Assembly (NCBI GenBank): GCA_951406725.2
Contig: OX597814.1
Coordinates: 16,864,001-16,928,000, forward strand
DNA from: Octopus vulgaris
Lineage: Eukaryota
Reading direction: 5' to 3'
Length of the DNA stretch: 64,000 bases
The position numbers and the translations under genes are program-made. Below, one piece after another: positions 1 through 16,066 of the stretch. The notes under the pieces were generated by a model. The model did no database searches, was not told where the DNA came from, and saw only the letters and a program-made list of their open reading frames with translations. The stretch's first letter is position 1; every line of letters begins with the position of its first letter.

Positions 1-47
1 ATTTCCATATCAAGATATGAGTGTTTATATATACGTACACACACACA

Positions 48-98
<51 letters not shown>

Positions 99-101
99 TC
101 A

Positions 102-150
<49 letters not shown>

Positions 151-268
151 TTGCGAAGATGATCCGGTTCTTGACTGAAGATTGAAGGCTTCGAATGTCC
201 CGTCCCTGTTTTTTGTATCGTCTTCTAAATGTTTCACGTTCTTGTCCCAGTTTGTATTTTTTTACATT

Positions 269-270
<2 letters not shown>
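151..270 (+). mobile_element. Fragment of the same family as 11131-12056, opposite orientation, between (TA)n tracts
   Basis: GATGATCCGGTTCTTGACTGAAGATTGAAGGCTTCGAATG is the reverse complement of ~11228-11267. Confidence 0.75.
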
Positions 271-309
<39 letters not shown>

Positions 310-669
310 TAATACTAAGGTATATACGTACGTACATACAGAGACATACACGTATATAATTTACATGCATATAGAAAAATATGCATGCACACTCTAACAT
401 ATATACAGGAAAACACATAGTAAACACACTCGCGTGTACACAAACTATGTGAATAGGTTAATATTTCTTTGCATTATGATGTCTATGGTGTGCATCAGTT
501 TTGTTTTCCAGGTTCTCTTCACCGAGTGATTTAATTCTAGAGAAATTAATCTATGAATTTCTGTATACTTTCTTATGGTATAGTTGTATATCTAGAAAGG
601 AAAGACATTCTTCTGGAGAGTTAAAAATGAAGGATGCTGTTATTCGAATGTACGTATATGTCTAACGGA

Positions 670-925
670 TGTGGAGGCGCGTGGCTTAGTGGTTAGTGTG
701 TCAGCATCATGATCGTAAGGTTGTGGTTTCGATTCCTATTCCGGACGACGCTTTGTGTTTTTGAGCAAAACGCTTCATTTCACGTTGCTCCAGTCCACTC
801 AGCTGGCAAAAATGAGTAACGCTGCGACGGACTGGCGTCCCATCCCGCTGGGGAACACATGCGCCAGTGAAACCGAGAAACCGGGCCCATGAGCCTGGCT
901 AGGCTTTAGAAGGGCGCATTTATTT
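670..925 (+). mobile_element. tRNA-derived SINE, family C' (local label)
   Basis: A box TGGCTTAGTGG and B-box-like GGTTTCGATTCC; homologous to 19702-19952 and 39728-39974. Confidence 0.85.
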
Positions 926-1587
926 ATTTTTTTATTATATGTCTAACTGGTCTTCAGAAATGACGGAAACATAGCGTGAGTGAAATGGAGGAAGTTGAGA
1001 GACAATGTGAGACTGGGAAATGGGAGTATTAAGAGAGAGAGGGACAGAAAGAAAAAAAGAGAGAGAGAAAAATGAGAGAGATCGGGATGAATAAAGACAG
1101 TCAACAATATATTTATTGAAACAAAATATTCAAACACTCATCCTGAGAATCGATGATTAAGTTAGTGTGAAAAAATTTGATACAAGCTGTAGAAAATATT
1201 GTACAGGCAATGGTTTTGTTTTTTATGCAGTTCATTTTTAATGGAGTTGGCGTTATATGTTAGAGAATTGAATACATGGGGCTCGATATTTCATGGTTCA
1301 TTTCAGATCGGAAATATTGTATATGAGACGTGTGTTTAAAATACTCTTACGTATATAGCCACAATCAGGCATACAAACACGAACAGTTATATACACACGT
1401 TCACTCACAAGCAGGCACACGCAAGTACACATGTACAATCATGCACACACATACACACACACACACACATACACACACACACATACACACACTCAAACAC
1501 TCATGAAACACACACACGTCAAACACACACACCTAAAACCTCTGTGTGTTTATGTGAGTGTGCATATATGTGTATGCGTACGTGTAA

Positions 1588-1621
<34 letters not shown>

Positions 1622-2034
1622 TTAACCCCGACTCAACCGCATGTATGTGTGTATGCATTATGTATGGATACAAGCATGTATGTCGGTACATATTGCTAAA
1701 GAGCATGAATTGATTCTACTTAAGATGGCTGATGCAAGGATGTAATAGAGGAGGTCCGTCAGCATAAAGGTACATCTCTTTTGCATAGGGTTAACGCAAA
1801 TATGGATATAGAGAACTAGCGCAAGCTTCAGTAATGAATCTTGTGTGCTTGGTGAGTTAATGATGACTGCACGGGTTCAAATGAAAATGGAACTTGTATG
1901 ATTATTATTTTAATCCATATTTCCCTTGTATGCCTTTTGAATTTATCAGCACGCAAAGTCCAATTTGTCAAATACCACAAAATGTCCATTTTATGCCTAA
2001 ACGATGTTGCATGTTTTGGTATCTATATTCTAAT

Positions 2035-2429
2035 CTTTTTATTCTTTTATTTGTTTCAGTCATTTGACTGCAGTCATGCTGAAGCAGGGCCTTTAGTCAA
2101 GTAAATCGACCCCGGGATTTATTCTTTGTAAGCCAAGTACTTATTCTATCGGTCTCCCTTGCCGAACCGCTAGGTGACGGGGACGTAAGCACACCAGCAT
2201 CATTTGTCAAGCGATGTTGGGGGGACAAACACAGACACACAAACATATACGTGCATATATATACGACAGGTTTCTTTGAGTTTCCGTCTACCAAATCCAC
2301 TCACAAGGCTTTCGTCGGCCCGAGGCTATAGTAGAAGACACTCACCAAATATGCCATGCAGTGGGACTGGACCCGGAACCACGTGGTTGGTAAGCAAGCT
2401 ACTTACCACACAGCCACTCTTGCGCCTAT
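2035..2429 (-). mobile_element. tRNA-derived SINE, family B (CORE-like motif, internal microsatellite)
   Basis: Reverse-complement homologue of 22164-22588; head GGCTGTGTGGTAAG..GGGT(T/C)CAGTCCC. Confidence 0.85.
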
Positions 2430-4493
2430 CCTGGTAAATATTTCATATCTAGAAATGGTAAGTGAGAAAACTTTGTATAATATGGTGAAATGAGCTGCAT
2501 ATGAATAGCTTTGAAATTCAAGTCCGGCAATTTTAGTGAAGAGGTCTAGTAGATTACTTTGACCCTAGAGTGCATCTAATAATTATTTTTTCAACTCCAA
2601 AAGGATGAAAGCCACAGTTGACCTCGGCAGGATTTGAACTCAGGACCTAAAGAGCCGGAAGAAAGGCTGCTGTGTATGTAATCTGATCTGCTTACAATTC
2701 TGCAAGCTGGCCGTCTTAGTTAACTGTATGATACTGAGATGGATTTCCACTAGTTAACAATGCAGCTTTATGGCCAATTGATTGCATTACTTAGCAGGAA
2801 TGGTTGGTTTTCTGTTATGTAAACTCATTCTTCCTATGGTACTGATGTGCAGCACAACTGACATAGAGGGAGTCTCAAGACAGTTCATTTCCCATTTTCC
2901 CAGCTGCTCATCAGAGATGACGTTCACAGCACCCTTCTTCGAATCGGTAGCAGTGATCAATATGGAAGAAAACTGGGTTCTCTCCTCTAAGAATCGGTCA
3001 AGAAAAAGACTGAACTACTCTGTCATGAATCACCATTCTCTTTTTTCACGCATAAATGATATAAGAAAGATATACTTACATTTTTATATAAATTTATTTC
3101 AGTTCTCATAATCTACACTGCGTTATGCATAAGTATCTATTGTTCAATTCATGATGAGTTGCGAAAAGGAAAATATGCAAATCATGTCACCCACGACGGT
3201 ACTAGCCAACTTAGTTCATAGCTGTTTTATAAGTATCTGATCTATAATTATAGATTGAGAAGGAATTCGAGTACGTCTTCTCTGAAAAACAGTCGATAAA
3301 TTTTGAAATACTTCGTGAAGAAACTCCTTCTTTATTCGCACATCAAGAATATAGAAAGAATCTACTTACCACACACTGATGTTTCATAATGCTGAAATTT
3401 ATTTCAGTTCTTCTTATACACACTATTGTGTAATAACAAATACTGGTTAATTCATGACAGACTACCAAAAGCAAAGATATGTAAATGGGACTATCCACTA
3501 GTCTAATTCATGACTGCTTTAGAAACAACTGATGTATATTATTGATAGGTTGACTGAAGTCAGGCATGTCTCCTTTGAGCAGAGTCAAGGAAGCATGAAA
3601 CGCACCTTTTCATAATTTAGAGATAAATATGCGTGAGTTTCTACATCTACTGTAGATAATTCTATCCAGAGTTCGAGTTGGCTTAAAAACGGTGTAATTT
3701 TGTAGAAAAGCAGTATGGACGATTGTTTCATTTTCTTGATTTTAATATCTTTTTCATTAAGGTGGCGTGATAACAGAATCGCTAGCATGTCGAACAAAAT
3801 GTTTATCGACATTTCATCCGTTCTTCTGTCCTAGATTCAAATTCCCCCTAGGTCGACTTTGCCTTTCTTTCACTGGAGCCGATGTAATCGACTTCACTTA
3901 TCCCCGAAATGGCTGGCCTTGTGCCAATATTTGAAACTGATCTTTTGGTAATTAATGAAAACAGATGTGAAATTTAAATAAAAAAATTTTGTCGGGTCTT
4001 GAACCGTGACTATGCTGTTGTATAACATTCAAAAGATTAGTCGATTTAAATCCGACTACCTGACTAGTTTTATATTCAGAAAATGAAGGGACCCTACTAA
4101 ATACCAGAACGCATTTTGGCCGATGTTGTAAAGAGCCTGACATCGTATGAATACTAATAAAAATCTAATTGGATTCGCTACGATCAATTTAATATTTTAT
4201 AATAAATGCTGTATCTAAATTCTTAATGAGTAAATTAAAAGGCTATGAATATTTACAATATGCAGTATTATTATAACAACCTTGTGAATTGAAATGAAGG
4301 GTCAATTATTATCAAAGCAATTTGAACTAGAGAAAAACGTGGAAATGTTAAATGTTCATAATTTAGTGGACACTCCAGACTGATGACATCTCATGCATAT
4401 TTCATTTCTCTTAATCATCAAACGGTATTTCATATTGCAACATTTTGCTAATAATATTTATATGTCTAATACTGAATATTGAAAAACCACGCA

Positions 4494-4601
<108 letters not shown>

Positions 4602-5461
4602 AACTTGCTCTGAAACTTTTGTTTCTGCTAGTCTCTATGAGAGTCTTTCTATCTCTGTCTCTTTTCTCTTTCTCCCTTTCTCTTTAGATATACGCATATT
4701 TTTACATATTTGTATACGTACAAACGCGCATTCATACATACATACATACATACATACATACATACATACATACATACATACATACATACATACGTATCTA
4801 CGTACCTACGTATATACGCACATACGTACATACATACACACGCACCACACATATTTGTATGTGAATATACAATTGTATTATATAATGGCATGTTGGCATA
4901 TTGATAAAAAATCTATATATATATAATTTGGAATATTGAAATTTATAGTTCTATACCGAAAAGTTTGCGAAACGGCTGTAATCACATGGAAATCATATGG
5001 AAATAAGAAATCTGTATTCACCTGTCATGCTGCCTCCTCTTATATAATATAAGCCTTTTCGGTGTGGTGATCAAGCGACTTTTTAATAGTCAAGGGTCAC
5101 CCTAAGCCATGTAAGTGAAATTTGGCCATCCCTTGAGTTGACTACACCTGCAATTCAAGATACAGCCATGCCACGTACTGTGAAAGTTTTTCCACATACT
5201 GTGGCATGCCATATTTTAATTCTTTATATTAGCTAGTCCAATATTAATTGATCCAAACGTATTTGCTGCATTATATCGATGTGTGTTTTCCATGGACCTA
5301 AGATATCTGTTTATCTCACTCATCCTATTTATCAATCAATCAGTCTATAATAATAATGAAAGATGGTTAATAATTTTATGGGTGTCTGCTAAGTCAGCTG
5401 CCAGACGTCGGAGTTTCAATGTATCCATGCTCAGGGAAGTAAGGCATTCAGAATATGGCAA

Positions 5462-5550
<89 letters not shown>

Positions 5551-5645
5551 ACTATCTATCTATCTAACTATCTATCTATCTATCTATCTACCTACCTACC
5601 TACCTACCTACCTACCTACCTACCTACCTACCAGTCTATCTATCG

Positions 5646-5700
<55 letters not shown>

Positions 5701-7666
5701 GTCACCTACCTAGCTAGGTCTTCGTTTTTCTGCTTGTCAATCAGTAGCTTTCTCAATATGTGTGTGTGTTTGAGTATGTGTAGGTGTGTGTATAACTGTG
5801 TGTGTGTGTGTTTTGATTGATTGATAGATTATTTTGACACTCTTTTTAATACCACTCCCTGATATTTTGGGTAACTTTTGCCGAGACCACTCAACCCAGT
5901 TTTTATCTTACTGATACATTTCTTCTTCCATCACGCTCGAAGATCTTGTAAAGGTAAATAGGTGACCGTGTATATATCCATGTACCAACTATATAGCCAA
6001 TATATTTTTATCTCTCACCCTTCCTCTACTTGTGTATATATTTTTTATTCTTTCTTTAAATCTTACTATTAATATATCTATTTTTTCTATATTCTCAGTA
6101 ACAACTTTATCTGCCTATATGTTTCCATGGAGCGAATTTATTTGGAAATGTATGAATATATATAAATGTGTGATTTGACATAAAATGGATAAATTTTGCC
6201 GTTTCAGGTTATAACTTCTGTTGCAGAATTTGTAATCAATAAAATTGAAAGAATTTATAAACTTGAAAATAAATATAAACATTTTGATCTTTTTATGATG
6301 AATTTGAAATCAAAAATCATCAATTAGAAAATTTTTTTAAGAATTAGGAATAAAAAGCCAAACATTAATGAATAATTACAACATAATTTGAAAAACTGTA
6401 TCTGGGCAGAGTCGGATTAAGTGTATTATGGGTCTCCGGGCATTCCAGTACACTGGGCACTATAGAAATTATTTATTGACAGTAAGCTACAACATACTAA
6501 GATCAGTATTGGCCGCCAGAATGTTGGGGCCCTTAAACGACACTAGAGCTGATTTAATACAGTGGTTGAAAAGACAATATGGCTACTAGGATAGCATAAA
6601 CAAATTCCCAATTCAATAAGAGACCTTTACACATTTATATTTATGATCGTTTGTCATATAATTCCACTCGAGTAGTTCATAATTAATTCACACCACATGC
6701 GAATGTACTGACGTTCAAATGTGTAAATTCAATTCCGGATAACCACAGTATTTCCATGAAGAATGATAAATTCTATTTTTTCTTTCTAAAATGAACAAAA
6801 GTCACTTTTGAAGTCGTCAATATTTAAGAAAAAACACACCTACCACCTACCTATTATTCTGGTCGTTCTAACAAAAGGGTGAGAATGCAGCATCTCTGAA
6901 TACTTGAAATTTAGTTCGTAGATTATAATTTTTGATTTATCATCTAATGACTTAAACTTTTTGATTTATACTTAAATACAAAATTTCTTTCAATTCAAAC
7001 ATATTTTCCTAATATTCTGAAACGACAGCATATCTCCAGTATATACTAACTCAATATGCTTATTAAACGAAGATATGCAAATTAATTAAGAGTTTGTTCA
7101 GAAGTGCGCCGTTTCGAAGCTTAGTTGATACATACCACTGACAATGCGTTCATGTAAAAATGAAACAATTGGTATCAGTTGCTTGTCACACTTTTTATAT
7201 GTATAACTACTTGTAAGCCGCCTTCTTTCTCTAGAATTGAATTAAATAGGGACTACTCTTTTAACCAGGAATAACGTTTTCAAATTGGACGAATTCCCCA
7301 CCTCGATTCTTTCTGATAGAAAAGTTCCGCGGTTTAACCTTTTTACCCTATTTGAAGTTTAACCATTTTACCAAAGTGAAGTTTATGCTTAATTAACGTT
7401 TGCATGAAAATATATAATGCATTTGCAAACGGTTTTAATATTTTAGAAATACAACGGGCGCGCACGCACACTAATACTTACACGTATACACGCAAATATG
7501 CTTTTAAAGAGACAGAAAGTCACAAAAGTGACTCAAGGGTCGAATATTTCGTATCTAGCTCTTATCATACATTTTTCATAAGTGATATGCATGATATCCT
7601 TGGTCAGTGAGTCAAACTTGTAACATTTTCCAATTATAAAATAATAATATATTTACACTCATATAT

Positions 7667-8065
7667 TGGTTTCAAATTCTTGCACAAAACCAGCGATTCC
7701 GGGGGATGAGTCAAGTCGATTACATTGATTCAAGTGCACAACTGATGCTTAATGTATCGACCTCGAAAGGATGAAACACAAAATCAACCTCAGCAGTGTT
7801 TGAACGCAGAACGTAAAGACGAGTAAAATACCTATTTCTTTACTATCCACAAGGGGCTAAACACAGAGAGGACAAACAAGGACAGACAAACGGATTAATT
7901 CGATTATATTGATCTCAGTGCGTAACTGGTACTTATTTAATCGACCCCCGAAAGGATGAAAGGCAAAGTCGACCTCGGCGGAATTTGAACTCAGAACGTA
8001 GCGGCAGACGAAATACCGCTAAGCACTTTGCCGGCGTGCTAACCATTCTGCCAGCTCACTGCCTT
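7667..8065 (-). mobile_element. tRNA-derived SINE, family A (dimeric body)
   Basis: Reverse complement of AAGGCGGCGAGCTGGCAGAA..GAGTTCAAATTCCGCCGAGGTCGACTTTGCCTTTCATCCTTTCGGGGTCGAT. Confidence 0.85.
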
Positions 8066-9156
8066 GGTACAGTCATATATTGAGCACTAATTATCATGGT
8101 TGTTGTATAAATCATGTGTGTGTGTGAGTGTGTGTGTGTATGTGTGTATGTGCGTGTGTACACTCACTTACACTCCTTATTACATTTTTGTTTCGTACTG
8201 TCTAGCTCATCCAGTTTTTTTTTATTTCGTGGGAATGGATTAATATTCATTCGTTCAGCTCTACTAAATTTCTTTAACAAGAAGTAACATCCTGAACGGT
8301 TTCTCTACTATACGTCTCACAGCAAAAACGGTGCCAATTCCAACACGATGAAGATAATCGTCAAAAGAACTTGATGGGTAATATCTTCATCGGCCTCAAA
8401 AAATTGAGCAATAAAATTAATCTAGGTGAATTTGAACTCGAATTTCAAAGCGCAGAGAACAATAATCATTTCCCGAAAAATAATGATCAGTCAGAGGTAT
8501 GCTCTTGAACTGCTTCGGCTGCATAAAACTAATAAGAGATAATAATCGTATGTCAGTATAGCTTAAGGGAAATCGAAGAACTGTTAATCTTCATGCCTCT
8601 ACTTGTTCTTTTCATGGTAACATAGAATAATAGCTGCACTTATCGTAAAATTACGAGTACAGGTCAAATGACCAATAATGCATAAATTATTTGAAACACA
8701 TACAAAAAGGTAACTTATACAAGTATCTGCAGGTAAAATTGTGCTTGTTAATGGAATAGAGGTAAAATATCCTAAAAATTGATTAAGAAATAATTAGATA
8801 AATAAATAAATAAAAATTACAAGATGGCACAAATGAAGAAGAATGCATACTACTCTATTGCGAAAAGGAATAAAAAGAATGTATTTTCAAGAAGCATATA
8901 TGGGTGTGTGTACACGCACACACACACGTGCACATACTACACCCCACACACAAACACCACCACCACCACCGCATGAACATAAAAAGACAGAAAAAGAGAA
9001 TTATATACTCTTTAAAATGTAGTAGAAGCAAAATGATTCGTGAGTCTTATTTACATTAGAAGAAAAGGCAGACACACAGATAGTTAGACGAACAGGTATA
9101 TATATCTACAGAAAGAAATATATATGTACATATATATATAAATATTTATTTGTGTC

Positions 9157-9242
<86 letters not shown>

Positions 9243-9425
9243 GGGAGAGAGAGAGAGAGTGGGAAGGGAGAAGAAAGGGGAAAAGGGAGAGATAAAGAGC
9301 GATAGATTTGTAGAAATAGGAGGGTTTATAATTTATATATCATCTATTTTTCTTTATACATTATATATGTGTATGAGTGTGTGTATGTGTACATGTATAT
9401 ATAAATATACGTATATATATATATA

Positions 9426-9470
<45 letters not shown>

Positions 9471-9625
9471 ATATATGTATGTATATATATATATGTATGT
9501 ATATATACGTATATATATGTATGTATGTATATATATATATATGTATATATATGTATATATATGTATATATATGTATGTATATATATATATATATATATGT
9601 ATGTATATATATATATATATGTATG

Positions 9626-9658
<33 letters not shown>

Positions 9659-10321
9659 GAGAATATGTGTATTCGTTGAAGAGTATGTGTACTTCTGTGA
9701 GGATGTGTGTTCGTTGGTTTGTTGTGTCTATGTTCGTGGGTGGGTGTATTTGATTAGCAAGTAGGGTCGTTAATGATGTCATAAAACTGATATCAGACAG
9801 GCAATGAGGAATTTTCTTTAATCTTTTGGGCATTCTGTACTGATGGGACATTCGTTTTTGAAAGTGATATTTTCATTTTCTAATTATACACATCGGAAGC
9901 TTGACAAGGCGGTCACACAGAACCGTTAAGCATGGATGAGTTTTAATCCAATATTAGTTGTCATTAACAATGGCTGGTAATTTTGATTTCACGCTAACGG
10001 TCGCCTCTTCTTTTAATTCCTTAATTTTTGTTTATTTATTTTTGCGTTTGCGTGCGCGTACGCGAAAGCGCCAGGGTGTGTGTGCGTGCGTGCGTGTTCT
10101 GCGCTTGAGTGTTTGTTTTTTTATTATTCTTAATGTGGTTGTGGTGATGTTCATTTATTTGTTTACTGCTGATGATGTCGCCCTTGTAATAGAGTTGTTT
10201 GTTATTGTTTTAGCCACATTTAATATAGATGCGCGACATATATGCGTGCATATGCGTATGTATTTTATGTGTGCGTGCGTGTATATACATACATGCATAC
10301 ATACATATATGTGTGTGTATA

Positions 10322-10353
<32 letters not shown>

Positions 10354-10949
10354 TACATATATATATTGCTAAGATATGTGGATGTATGAACAGGCTCACA
10401 TACACACGCAGTGCACCCACACGCTCACTCACAGAATGACTCAAAATGATTCATAAAAAAATACAACCTTGTTAAATGCATTTAAATTCAATATATAAAA
10501 TATATTTTCATATACTTTCCTTCTTCATAAGACCCCGCTCATACTCTTCTCTATCTATATTTACTTACTATTCGTCTCTCCCCGACTCTTTATCTTCCAA
10601 TTTTTTTTCACGATTCTTCGTCTGGTTATAACATTTATTTGATCCTTTCTTTTCCTGACATTTCTTTCTTTGTGTGTGCATCAAGTACCATTCCACTTTC
10701 GTTTGTTCGATGTGGTTGCTCATAGAGAAAATTTAAATTCAGATGTATTTAATGAAGGCGAAAGAAAGATAGACAGAGAGAGGAGAGAGTGAGAGAGAGA
10801 GGAGGAGGAAGAGAGCTGATGGTGACAGACAACGTAAGAGTGGGTCGTAGAAAGTGAGAGAGCATCTGTTTCTTAGAGAGACACAAAATAGGGCCCAATG
10901 CGTAGGAGCTGGTTTAGTGTAAGGATGATATATATTATATATACATACT

Positions 10950-12056
<1,107 letters not shown>

Positions 12057-12140
12057 TATGTATGTATACATACCCCAGCATGGCTACAGCAGCCTTAGGG
12101 CTGAAACACATAAAACAATAAAAGAATATATATATATATA

Positions 12141-12295
12141 TAGGGGTGTGTGGTAAGAAACTTCCATCCTAACCACACGGTCTCGGGTTTAGTTCCTCCA
12201 CCTGGCACCTTGGGCAAGTATCTTCTCTGTAGTCTCGGATCGAATAAGACATTGTGAGTGGATTTAGTAAGCGGAAATTGAAAGAAGCCCATGTG
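12141..12295 (+). mobile_element. SINE family B, diverged 5' half
   Basis: GTGTGGTAAG..CACCTTGGGCAAGT..GGAAATTGAAAGAAGCCC. Confidence 0.7.
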
Positions 12296-13318
12296 TATGT
12301 GTCAATCTTATACATACACACATACATACATACATACAGACAGACAGACAGACAGTCAGATAGATAAATAAATAGATAGATAGATAAACAGACAGATAGA
12401 CACATACATACATACACACACATATACATAAATACATTATATGATACATTTAATCATAGATACAAAAATGTCATTCATACACACGGACGGTCATGGTCTA
12501 CAGAAACAGAAAATTATTTAAATAGCTAAAATAACTAGCAAGCCTTAAAACTATAGGCGTTAGAAATGTAAACAATTTTATTCCGTTAAATTTATTAAGG
12601 TAAAATACTTGTCACGGTAACTTTCATGACATTTTCACGATCGGATACCGCATCCTCTGTATCACTTCGATTTGTAGACTGCTGATTTTGAAAGTAAAAT
12701 TGCTTTAAAGCATTGATTTGAAGCGTTAAATAAAGTTTAAAATTTTTTTAAAATCTGATTTAACGCTTTTGGCATTCAGATTACTCTGTCAAACGTATTT
12801 CTTATTCATATTATTTAGAACTGTTCATTTATTATCATATAGCCTTGATATATAAATATGATTGCTTGCTTTAGAATGACATTGTGGGCTAGGTTTGAGA
12901 GGTTGGATCTGCTCAGCTCTAACATAAAAGAGATAGAATATTTGGGTTTTAATCCCACAGGGTTATGGCTGATCTTGGTAAATTACAGTTATTTTGATAA
13001 ACATTGGCATCATAGCGTACATGAATTCTATGTAAACCTTCGTTCTGTTCATTCTGTCTCCTGCTGATGAAGGTAACGTTTGTGTATTAAATTTTATAAT
13101 ATACACAATTCTCTTTGGACCATTTTAGGTGAGCATACACACGAAGTCGCATACGCACACAGGCATAATTTATTGATAGGTATTACGTAGATAGAGAAGC
13201 AAAGAAGATATTAATACATATATACATATATGTTTCAGCTCGAGGGTTGTATCTATCCTCAAGCACAAGCATATATATATATATATTCCGAATTTGTGTA
13301 AATGTGTATTGAATAATA

Positions 13319-14717
13319 TATCAGTTGAATAAAGTTAAAACATATTATGGTTTTAACGTTTTTTATTATAGGTATTTCAAAAAATATATATTCTTTTTCG
13401 ATGTTGAAGTAGGTTAAGCATTAACAAAGATATTATGTAATGTTCATTTAGATTAGTTAGCGCTTTCATACGTTCGTAGTAATCATCAGATTTCAAAATT
13501 TAACTGACAGTTGAATTCTTGACAACTGTAATAAAGTATCTAACTTCTTCCCGTTTGTACCTCTTAGAAGGCTCCAACAAGCCTAATTTTTGTAATACTG
13601 TTTTGACTAATCCACATGTAACTTGAACGTCACGGTTGGCCGGACGTACCGATATTACTGGCATAGATCACCCCACCTTATTTTAAACAATTAGCTTCTG
13701 GTTTACATGTAATGGTTTGACGAGTGAGCAAATTTAGTTTATTTCGATCGTTTTTATTTCAATTGGTAGGAGTCTTCTGTAATTTGTTTATATTCATAGG
13801 TTATAGATATATTTTAATCCGTATCATTAACTGGTGTGGATTAAACTGGTGTGGAAACAGAGAATTCGGTATCCACTCATGAGAATGTCATTTGATAACA
13901 GATGTAGTATGTGTCAATACATGTATACTGCTTGTTCCATTAGAACAAAAAATGAACAGATTTTTGCAAATGTAGATATGAACTGCAAAAAAAAAAACTG
14001 CTGCATTAAATGCCCGCTTTGGGAGGGGCTATAATATTGGCGATACAGGGAAAGTATTATCGGAACGCTCACGAATCCACGGACAAGAAATTTGGTACAC
14101 TAATGTTCGCCAAATTAAATTAAGTGAACATATAGAAACATGTGATCAGAAAATGTTTCTAATTCTTCTTTTCCTCAAACGTGATGTATATATAACAACC
14201 AGTTAATGATGTAGATTTTAAAAAATATCATTAACCTATGAAAATAAACAAATTACAGAAGACTGCCACTAATTGAAATAATAAATATCGAAACCAGGTT
14301 TTTGCGCACTCAGAAAAACACTACATGTAAACCGCAAGCTAATTGGTTAAAATAAAGGAGAGGGATCTATGCTAGTAATGTCGGTACGCCCGGCAAACCG
14401 TGTCGTTTAAACTGCATGCGGATTCGTCAAAACTGTATTTCAAAAACTCGGCTTATTGGAGCCTTCTAAGAGGTACAGAAAAGAATAATTTAGTGATTTT
14501 ACTACAGTTGTCAAGAACTCAACTGTCAGTTAAATGCATGTTGAAGTCTTATGATTAATACGAATGTATAAAACCGCTAATTGAATTCCATGAACATCAC
14601 ACAATATTTTTTTAAAGCTTAACACATTTCAACATTGTATAATAATTTATATTTTTTGAAAATACCATAATCAAATACATGAAAACCAGCCCATGTTTTA
14701 ACTTCATTCAACTGATG
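13319..14717 (+). mobile_element. Decayed Penelope-like element 3' part with inverted terminal arms (~520 bp) around a GIY-YIG remnant
   Basis: 13319-13836 is a diverged reverse complement of 14198-14717 (e.g. TGTACCTCTTAGAAGGCTCCAA / TTGGAGCCTTCTAAGAGGTACA). The loop translates, with frameshifts, to RCSMCQY..DMNC..CIKCP..IGDTGKVLSERSRIHGQEI..IKLSEHIETC. Confidence 0.8.
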
Positions 14718-14791
14718 TACACACAAGCACACACATATACACACACATACACAGACGCATAATGATTTCTAATACGGATATACTACCTCAT

Positions 14792-15181
14792 GTGGAGGCG
14801 CAATGGCCCAGTGGTTAGGGCAGCGGACTCGCGGTCATAGGATCGCGGTTTCGATTCCCAGACCGGGCGTTGTGAGTGTTTATTGAGCGAAAACACCTAA
14901 AGCTCCACGATGCTCCGGCAGGGGATGGTGGTGATCCCTGCTGTACTCTTTCGCCACAACTTTCTCTCACTCTTACTTCCTGTTTCTGTTGTACCTGTAT
15001 TTCAAAGGGCCCGCCTTGTCACTCTCTGTGTCACGCTGAATATCCCCGAGAACTACGTTAAGGGTGCACGTGTCTGTGGAGTGCTCAGCCACTTACACAT
15101 TAATTTCGCGAGTAGGCTGTTCCGTTGATTCGGATCAACCGGAACCCTCGTCGTCGTAACCGACGGAGTGCTTCCGTCCCG
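14792..15181 (+). mobile_element. tRNA-derived SINE, family C, full length with 11-bp TSD
   Basis: A box TGGCCCAGTGG and GGTTTCGATTCC. TSD TACTACCTCAT at 14781-14791 and 15182-15192. Confidence 0.9.
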
Positions 15182-15257
15182 TACTACCTCATAAGATCTC
15201 ATGCAAGTACATTTATGATTTATACGTCTTTATATATTTATCACTTGAAGACCAATG

Positions 15258-15749
15258 TACGAAAGCATCATGAAAATTCCCCGAAAAATTGACGAACTTG
15301 TTGATATCCCTTGTATGTCCTGGAGCTCCTAGCGAGGAAGTTGAGAGATGAATTGCGAATAAAAAGAGTGAAAGCAAACTTTGTGACTCGCTTGCTCACA
15401 GAAGATTGAATGCTGTCACGACTGAGTACACGTCAGGAACTGAAAGAAGAGTTGGAAATTGATCCGGACCATTTCTTCGAAGGTCATAACTGGCGACGAA
15501 AGCTGGTGCTACGGAATTAGCAGATGTGGAAGAGGTAAAGAAGAAAACGACGGCGGGGGGGGGGGGGTAAAAGAACATCGCTTTGCAAGTGTTCGAGCAC
15601 TGCTTCGAACAGTGGAAGACGCGTCTGGGCCGATGTATTGCTTCAAATGGTGAATACTTTGAAGGCGATAAAAGCGTAAACATGTAAAACTAGGTGAATA
15701 AAATAATATTGCAAAATTCCGGTTTCATTTGGGAATGCCCCACCACCCC

Positions 15750-15750
<1 letters not shown>
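15258..15750 (+). mobile_element. Internally deleted mariner element
   Basis: KVITGDESWCYG (first catalytic D motif) and C-terminal CFEQWKTRLGRCIASNGEYFEGD; ends at (TA)n. Confidence 0.8.
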
Positions 15751-15828
<78 letters not shown>

Positions 15829-15831
<3 letters not shown>

Positions 15832-16066
15832 CACAATGGCCCAGTGGTTAGGGCAGCGGACTCGCACTCATAGGATCGCGGTTTCGATTCCCAACCTGGG
15901 CGTTATGAGTGTTTATTGAGCAAAAACACCTCAAGCTCCACAAGGCTCCGGCAGAGGGTGGTGGCGATCCCTGCTGTACTCTTTCGCCACAACTTTCTCT
16001 CACTCTTTCTTCTGTTGGCCTGCTCGCTTAGCCAGCGGGGTGGCGTCATTTGGCGGCTAAAACTAT
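15829..16066 (+). mobile_element. tRNA-derived SINE, family C variant
   Basis: Same head and body as 14792-14970, with a different 3' part. Confidence 0.8.

Noticed and set aside
670-745. tRNA-like sequence (also at the other SINE heads)
   Set aside because: A/B boxes continue into SINE bodies present in multiple copies, several with TSDs; no complete cloverleaf.
5168-5209. Hairpin CATGCCAC..GTGGCATG as a pre-miRNA
   Set aside because: Only ~42 nt and adjacent to a decayed transposon-like end; too short for a canonical precursor.
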